Shown here piece by piece: positions 7,262-11,161 of a stretch of DNA of 11,161 nucleotides; the stretch's first letter is position 1, and every line of letters begins with the position of its first letter. The stretch spans positions 1 through 11,161 of the forward strand of contig JASFEA010000103.1 of NCBI GenBank assembly GCA_050125095.1, read 5' to 3'. The notes below the pieces were generated by a model, which ran no database searches, was not told the DNA's origin, and worked only from the letters and a program-made list of their open reading frames with translations. The position numbers and the translations under genes were made by a program. The stretch is from a bacterium (GTDB taxonomy: Bacteria > Arandabacterota > Arandabacteria > Arandabacterales > JALGWA01).

Positions 7262-8284
7262 ATGCCTGAAGGGGATTTCCGAGATCATTTCGACTTGAAG
7301 GAAGTACGCCTTCCCCGGAGCCCCGACGAAATGCGGTCGGTCCGAAAAGTGGCCGGCTATGTGGTTATAGGTATCCTTGTTCTCATCTTCCTGGTCACCT
7401 CCTTTTACACCATCGAACCTGAGGAGGTCGGAATCATCCTGCGTCTCGGCAAGTACGTTCGCAGTTCAGATCCCGGGCTGCACTTCAAGGCTCCCTTCGG
7501 GTTCGAGCGAGTGACCAAGGTGCCGGTGCAGCGCCAGCTCAAGCAGGAGTTCGGATTCCGCACGCTGAGGGCGGGGGTGCGCAGCCAGTACAGCACCGGT
7601 GGCTTCAAGGATGAGTCTAACATGCTCACCGGGGACCTCAATGCTGCGGTGGTGGAATGGGTCGTACAGTACAGAATCGTCGATCCTTACAAGTACCTCT
7701 TCCGCGTCCGCAACGTCGAGAACACGTTTCGCGATATTAGCGAGGCGGTCATGCGCAGGGTCGTGGGGGACCGCACCGTGAACGAGGTGCTCACGATCGG
7801 CCGGCAGCAGGTCGCCGACCAGGTATTGCAGCAGATTCAGGACCTGTGCGACCAGTACGAAACGGGGATCAAGGTGGAGCAGGTGGTGCTTCAGGATGTA
7901 AACCCTCCGGATCCCGTGAAACCCTCCTTCAATGAGGTCAACGAAGCCCAGCAGGAGAAGGAGAGGCTGATTAACGAAGCCCAGTCCGAATACAACAAGG
8001 TCATACCCCGGGCCCGCGGCGAGGCCGAGCAGACCATACGCCAGGCCGAGGGGTACGCCGTGGACCGGGTGAACAGGGCGCGTGGAGACTCCGCCCGTTT
8101 CGTCGCCTTCTACGAATCCTACCGGCGGGCGCCCGAGGTCACCAGGAAGCGCGTATATCTGGAGACAATGAACGAGGTGCTCCCCAAGGTAAGGCAGAAG
8201 GTAATAGTCGACGATGATCTGAAGAGCGTTCTACCCCTCCTCAATCTGAATCCGGCGCAGCCCGGAAAGGAGGGCGCAGACTGA
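7262..8284 (+). CDS. hflK: FtsH protease activity modulator HflK (SPFH/band-7 domain)
   Basis: N-terminal TM, YTIEPEEVGIILRLGK, PGLHFKAPFG, MLTGDLN, VNPPDPVKPSFNEVNEAQQE, PRARGEA and APEVTRKRVYLETM. Directly upstream of hflC. Confidence 0.96.
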   Translation: MPEGDFRDHFDLKEVRLPRSPDEMRSVRKVAGYVVIGILVLIFLVTSFYTIEPEEVGIILRLGKYVRSSDPGLHFKAPFGFERVTKVPVQRQLKQEFGFRTLRAGVRSQYSTGGFKDESNMLTGDLNAAVVEWVVQYRIVDPYKYLFRVRNVENTFRDISEAVMRRVVGDRTVNEVLTIGRQQVADQVLQQIQDLCDQYETGIKVEQVVLQDVNPPDPVKPSFNEVNEAQQEKERLINEAQSEYNKVIPRARGEAEQTIRQAEGYAVDRVNRARGDSARFVAFYESYRRAPEVTRKRVYLETMNEVLPKVRQKVIVDDDLKSVLPLLNLNPAQPGKEGAD

Positions 8285-9225
8285 TGAGAGTGCTTGTCCC
8301 CGTCCTGGTCCTCGCCGTAGTCTTATTCATCGTGCTTCTCAGCAGCCTCTATGTGGTAAGGGAAAACGAGCAGGTCATAATCACGCAGTTCGGGAAGCCC
8401 ATTGGCGACCCTATCACCACTCCGGGCCTCAAGGCGAAGGCGCCGCTGATACAGAAGGCGCACAGGTTCGAGAAGCGTTTCCTCGAATGGGACGGCGACC
8501 CAAACCAGCTGCCGACCAAGGACAAACGATTCATCTGGGTCGACATGTACGCGCGCTGGCGGATCACCGACCCGCTCCTCTACTTCCAGCGCCTCCGTGA
8601 CGAGCGCGGCGCGCAGACGCGCCTCGACGACATTCTCGACGGGGAGACCCGGAACGCGATAGCCAATCACGCCCTGCTGGAGGTAATCCGGAATACCAAT
8701 CGGGAGCCCGAGCAGAGCGAGTTGCAGTTCCGGGACGAAATCGGCCTCGACTCCATACGTGTGGGCCGCGACGAGATCCGCGAGCAGATTTTGGCCAGGG
8801 CCAAACCGCGCACCGAAGACCTGGGGATAGAAATACTCGACGTCCAGTTCAAGCGGATCAACTACGTAGAAGAAGTCCGGGTCAAGGTCTATGAGAGGAT
8901 GACGGCGGAGCGAAACAGGATTGCCGACCGTTTCCGGTCAGAAGGAGAAGGCGAGGCTTCGAGGATAAGGGGCGAAAAAGAGCGCGAGCTCAAACGCATC
9001 CAGTCGGAGGCGTACCGGGAGGCGCGCGAGATCATAGGAGACGCCGACGCCGAAGCCACCGGGATATATGCGGACGCCTACAACCGTTCCGCGGATACGC
9101 GAACCTTCTATGAGTTTCTGAAGACCATGGAGATCTACAGGACCACTCTGGACTCGGAAACATTCCTCATCCTTTCCACCGACGGGGAGTTCTACAAGTT
9201 CATCAAGAAGTCCCAGGGCCGCTAG
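8284..9225 (+). CDS. hflC: FtsH protease activity modulator HflC (SPFH/band-7 domain)
   Basis: TM, then VIITQFGKP, PGLKAKAPLIQ, WRITDPLLYF, GIEILDVQFKRI, RMTAERNRIADRFRSEG, A(E)ATGIYADAY and FYEFLKTME. TGATG coupling with hflK. Confidence 0.96.
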   Translation: MRVLVPVLVLAVVLFIVLLSSLYVVRENEQVIITQFGKPIGDPITTPGLKAKAPLIQKAHRFEKRFLEWDGDPNQLPTKDKRFIWVDMYARWRITDPLLYFQRLRDERGAQTRLDDILDGETRNAIANHALLEVIRNTNREPEQSELQFRDEIGLDSIRVGRDEIREQILARAKPRTEDLGIEILDVQFKRINYVEEVRVKVYERMTAERNRIADRFRSEGEGEASRIRGEKERELKRIQSEAYREAREIIGDADAEATGIYADAYNRSADTRTFYEFLKTMEIYRTTLDSETFLILSTDGEFYKFIKKSQGR

Positions 9226-9390
9226 AGTCGATTTGCCTGCCCGGCGTCTTCTTATCTTGCCCTGCATGAGTATCAGACAGCACACCTGGCCGTAAACCCA
9301 GGCAAAGAGAGACACGGTCCATGTGTCGTAATGCCCTGGCACTATGCCCCGACGGGGACCGAGGCCTTAGCCTCCCGGGGGCACATGGTC

Positions 9391-9419
9391 TTGACACGCC
9401 CCCGGATCGTGCGCATAGT
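9391..9419 (+). promoter_or_regulatory. Putative sigma70 promoter of the serine hydrolase
   Basis: TTGACA (9391-9396) - 17 nt - CATAGT (9414-9419). The -35 box is flanked by the inverted repeat CCGGGGGC (9375-9382) / GCCCCCGG (9398-9405). Confidence 0.55.
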
Positions 9420-9458
9420 GATTGCAGTGCTTGTTCCGACTCTAATCCTGGGGGGCTT

Positions 9459-10907
9459 ATGTTTGTCAGTTTGAGAGGTCGTGTTTCCGGTATCTCGCCA
9501 GAAGGTATGTTCACTCTGACCGTGATCGTCGCTCTCCTGGCGGCGGCAGTCCTGCAGCCGTATTGTGCCGCCGCCGGTCAGGCTCAGGCGGCCGGCGAGA
9601 GGAAAACCATCTCCCCGGGAGACGCCGGGGTCGATCAGCAACCGCTGTCGCGCCTGGCGGAGGATATCCGGGAGGGCAGGCTGGGGAGCATCCACTCGAT
9701 CGTCCTCGTCAAGGACGGTGAGATGGTGTACGAGGATTATTACAACGGCTACGACCGGGACCGGCTTCAGTACACGGCCTCGATATCAAAGAGCGTGGGA
9801 TCGATACTATTCGGCATGGCGATGGACCAGGGACTGCTGCCCGGAATCGACGAGGGCGCTCTCGAGATGAGCCTTTCCGAAATCCTCCCCGAATACCGTT
9901 CCGTTATCGAGAAAGATGCTGCGAAGTCCGCGCTCACGCTCCACCATGTCCTGTCGATGACCGCGGGCCTGGAGTGGGACGAGCAGTCATACCCCTACAG
10001 TGACCCGCATAATGATTGGAACAAGGCCAGCCGGAGCGATGACCCGGTGCGTTTCGTCCTGGAGCGTCCGGTCGTGACTGAGCCCGGGACCGAGTTTGAA
10101 TACAACGGAGGCCTCTCGATCATCCTCTCCTACCTTATAGAAAATGCCAGCGGCAGGAAAGCTGACGAATTCGCCGAGGAGTATCTCTTCGGGCCGCTGG
10201 GTATAGAAGAGGTCCGCTGGGATCGCCTGCCCTCGGGCCTCACGGACACTGACGGCGGCCTTCACATGCGGCCTCGCGACATGGCAAAGATCGGCATGCT
10301 GTACCTCAACGGGGGAATCCGGGAAGGCGAACAGGTCGTGTCCCGCAGTTGGGTCGAGGTTTCGACCAGGGTGCACATAGAAAACGACAATTCTCCCGAC
10401 TACGGCTACCAGTGGTGGTGCGGGGACTTCCATCACCACGGCAAAACGGACTTCACCTTTCTCGCGTCGGGACATGGCGGGCAGACCGTCTTCGTCTTCC
10501 CGGCCTTCGAGGCCGTGGCAGTCATAGCCCAGGAGGTCTTCGACAACCCGATGGGCCCGATGAACGGCCTGGCCATATTGAACAGGTACATCCTACCGGC
10601 CATCGATCCGGAGAGCAAACCTGCTGAAGCCGCAACCCTCTCTCAGGCGGAACTGGATCTCTACACGGGCATATACGAGACTCCGCAGGTCTCGCTCACG
10701 GTAACCAGGGAAGATGACACTCTCCATGCACAGGGCTCGGACGGGACGTCCATGGTACTGGTTCCTCTCGGAGACCACAGCTTCAGGGGAGTACTGTTGG
10801 GCCTTATCGACATACATCTGGAATTCGAGCCCGGGGCGGATGGCGGCATCGAGCGGTTGACTTCGTCTTTCGGCTTCCGGGAGACTGTCATGGATAAGCG
10901 GTCTTGA
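9459..10907 (+). CDS. Secreted SxxK serine hydrolase (class C beta-lactamase/NylB-like family) with a DUF3471-like C-terminal domain
   Basis: SISK catalytic motif (9780-9791), LTLHHVLSMTAGL, EPGTEFEYNGG, LFGPLGI, GGLHMRPRDMAKIG, YGYQWW and ASGHGGQ. Signal-peptide-like N-terminus; C-terminal LSQAELDLYTGIYE domain. The start is probably ATG 9459 (downstream of the promoter, after GGGGGG); ATG 9507 is the alternative. Confidence 0.88.
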   Translation: MFVSLRGRVSGISPEGMFTLTVIVALLAAAVLQPYCAAAGQAQAAGERKTISPGDAGVDQQPLSRLAEDIREGRLGSIHSIVLVKDGEMVYEDYYNGYDRDRLQYTASISKSVGSILFGMAMDQGLLPGIDEGALEMSLSEILPEYRSVIEKDAAKSALTLHHVLSMTAGLEWDEQSYPYSDPHNDWNKASRSDDPVRFVLERPVVTEPGTEFEYNGGLSIILSYLIENASGRKADEFAEEYLFGPLGIEEVRWDRLPSGLTDTDGGLHMRPRDMAKIGMLYLNGGIREGEQVVSRSWVEVSTRVHIENDNSPDYGYQWWCGDFHHHGKTDFTFLASGHGGQTVFVFPAFEAVAVIAQEVFDNPMGPMNGLAILNRYILPAIDPESKPAEAATLSQAELDLYTGIYETPQVSLTVTREDDTLHAQGSDGTSMVLVPLGDHSFRGVLLGLIDIHLEFEPGADGGIERLTSSFGFRETVMDKRS

Positions 10908-11160
10908 ACCCGGGGCCGGGGAGCCGGGGTCCTTCCTGGGACGAGATGACACGGTTGAACTCTGCCGTGAGGCCTTCCTCCACCTGCCGCGCCAATTTCT
11001 CCAGTTCCCCGAGGCCGTCCGGGGGCGGGCCTACTGATAAGGGCCATACCGAAGGAACCCCTATATATCTTCCTCGCCGGGGATGGATCCGGGATGGGGA
11101 GGACAGAAGCTCGCGAACCTGAGGCCGGGGCAATACACCGAAAGCGTTACAGCATAGGAA
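10888..11160 (-). CDS. Probable 3' end of a gene running off the window (hypothetical protein)
   Basis: The minus frame is open from the window edge (FLCCNAFGVLPRPQVRELL...) to TGA at 10888-10890. It contains a protein-like amphipathic helix, LGELEKLARQVEEGLTAEFNRVI. No function assigned. Confidence 0.4.
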   Translation of the reverse strand, partial: FLCCNAFGVLPRPQVRELLSSPSRIHPRRGRYIGVPSVWPLSVGPPPDGLGELEKLARQVEEGLTAEFNRVISSQEGPRLPGPGFKTAYP

Positions 11161-11161
11161 A

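Noticed and set aside
9321-9458. N-terminal extension of the serine hydrolase
   Set aside because: It spans the predicted promoter and would bury the signal peptide.
10904-11122. 72-aa plus-strand ORF after the hydrolase
   Set aside because: Pro/Gly/Ser-rich and low-complexity; the opposite-strand open frame looks more protein-like.

Overview
GC-rich bacterial chromosomal window, probably from a diderm lineage (this is inferred). Left to right it holds: the 3' end of a putative beta-strand-rich/outer-membrane protein gene; a translationally coupled four-gene minus-strand envelope-stress operon (SigW-like ECF sigma factor, DUF4097 beta-repeat lipoprotein, zinc-binding anti-sigma, secreted bactofilin-like beta-helix/multi-TM protein) behind a TGAAAC-N17-CGTA ECF-type promoter; a divergent DUF624/YesL-like membrane protein gene that looks leaderless; eno; ftsB/divIC-like; initiator tRNA-fMet with its own sigma70 promoter and terminator; hflK-hflC; a secreted SxxK serine hydrolase (class C beta-lactamase/NylB-like); and probably the 3' end of a convergent gene. 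The most notable observations are: (i) the ECF operon resembles a 'split RsiW' system, with the RsiW-like extracytoplasmic beta-helix on a separate membrane protein; (ii) eight degenerate 18-bp tandem units make up the whole n-region of the lipoprotein signal peptide; (iii) the divergent intergenic region carries 11-bp and 21-bp phased repeats next to two apparently leaderless promoters; (iv) a multi-hairpin element sits between hflC and the hydrolase promoter. No mobile element or CRISPR array was seen. All family calls come from motif recognition, not database searches.
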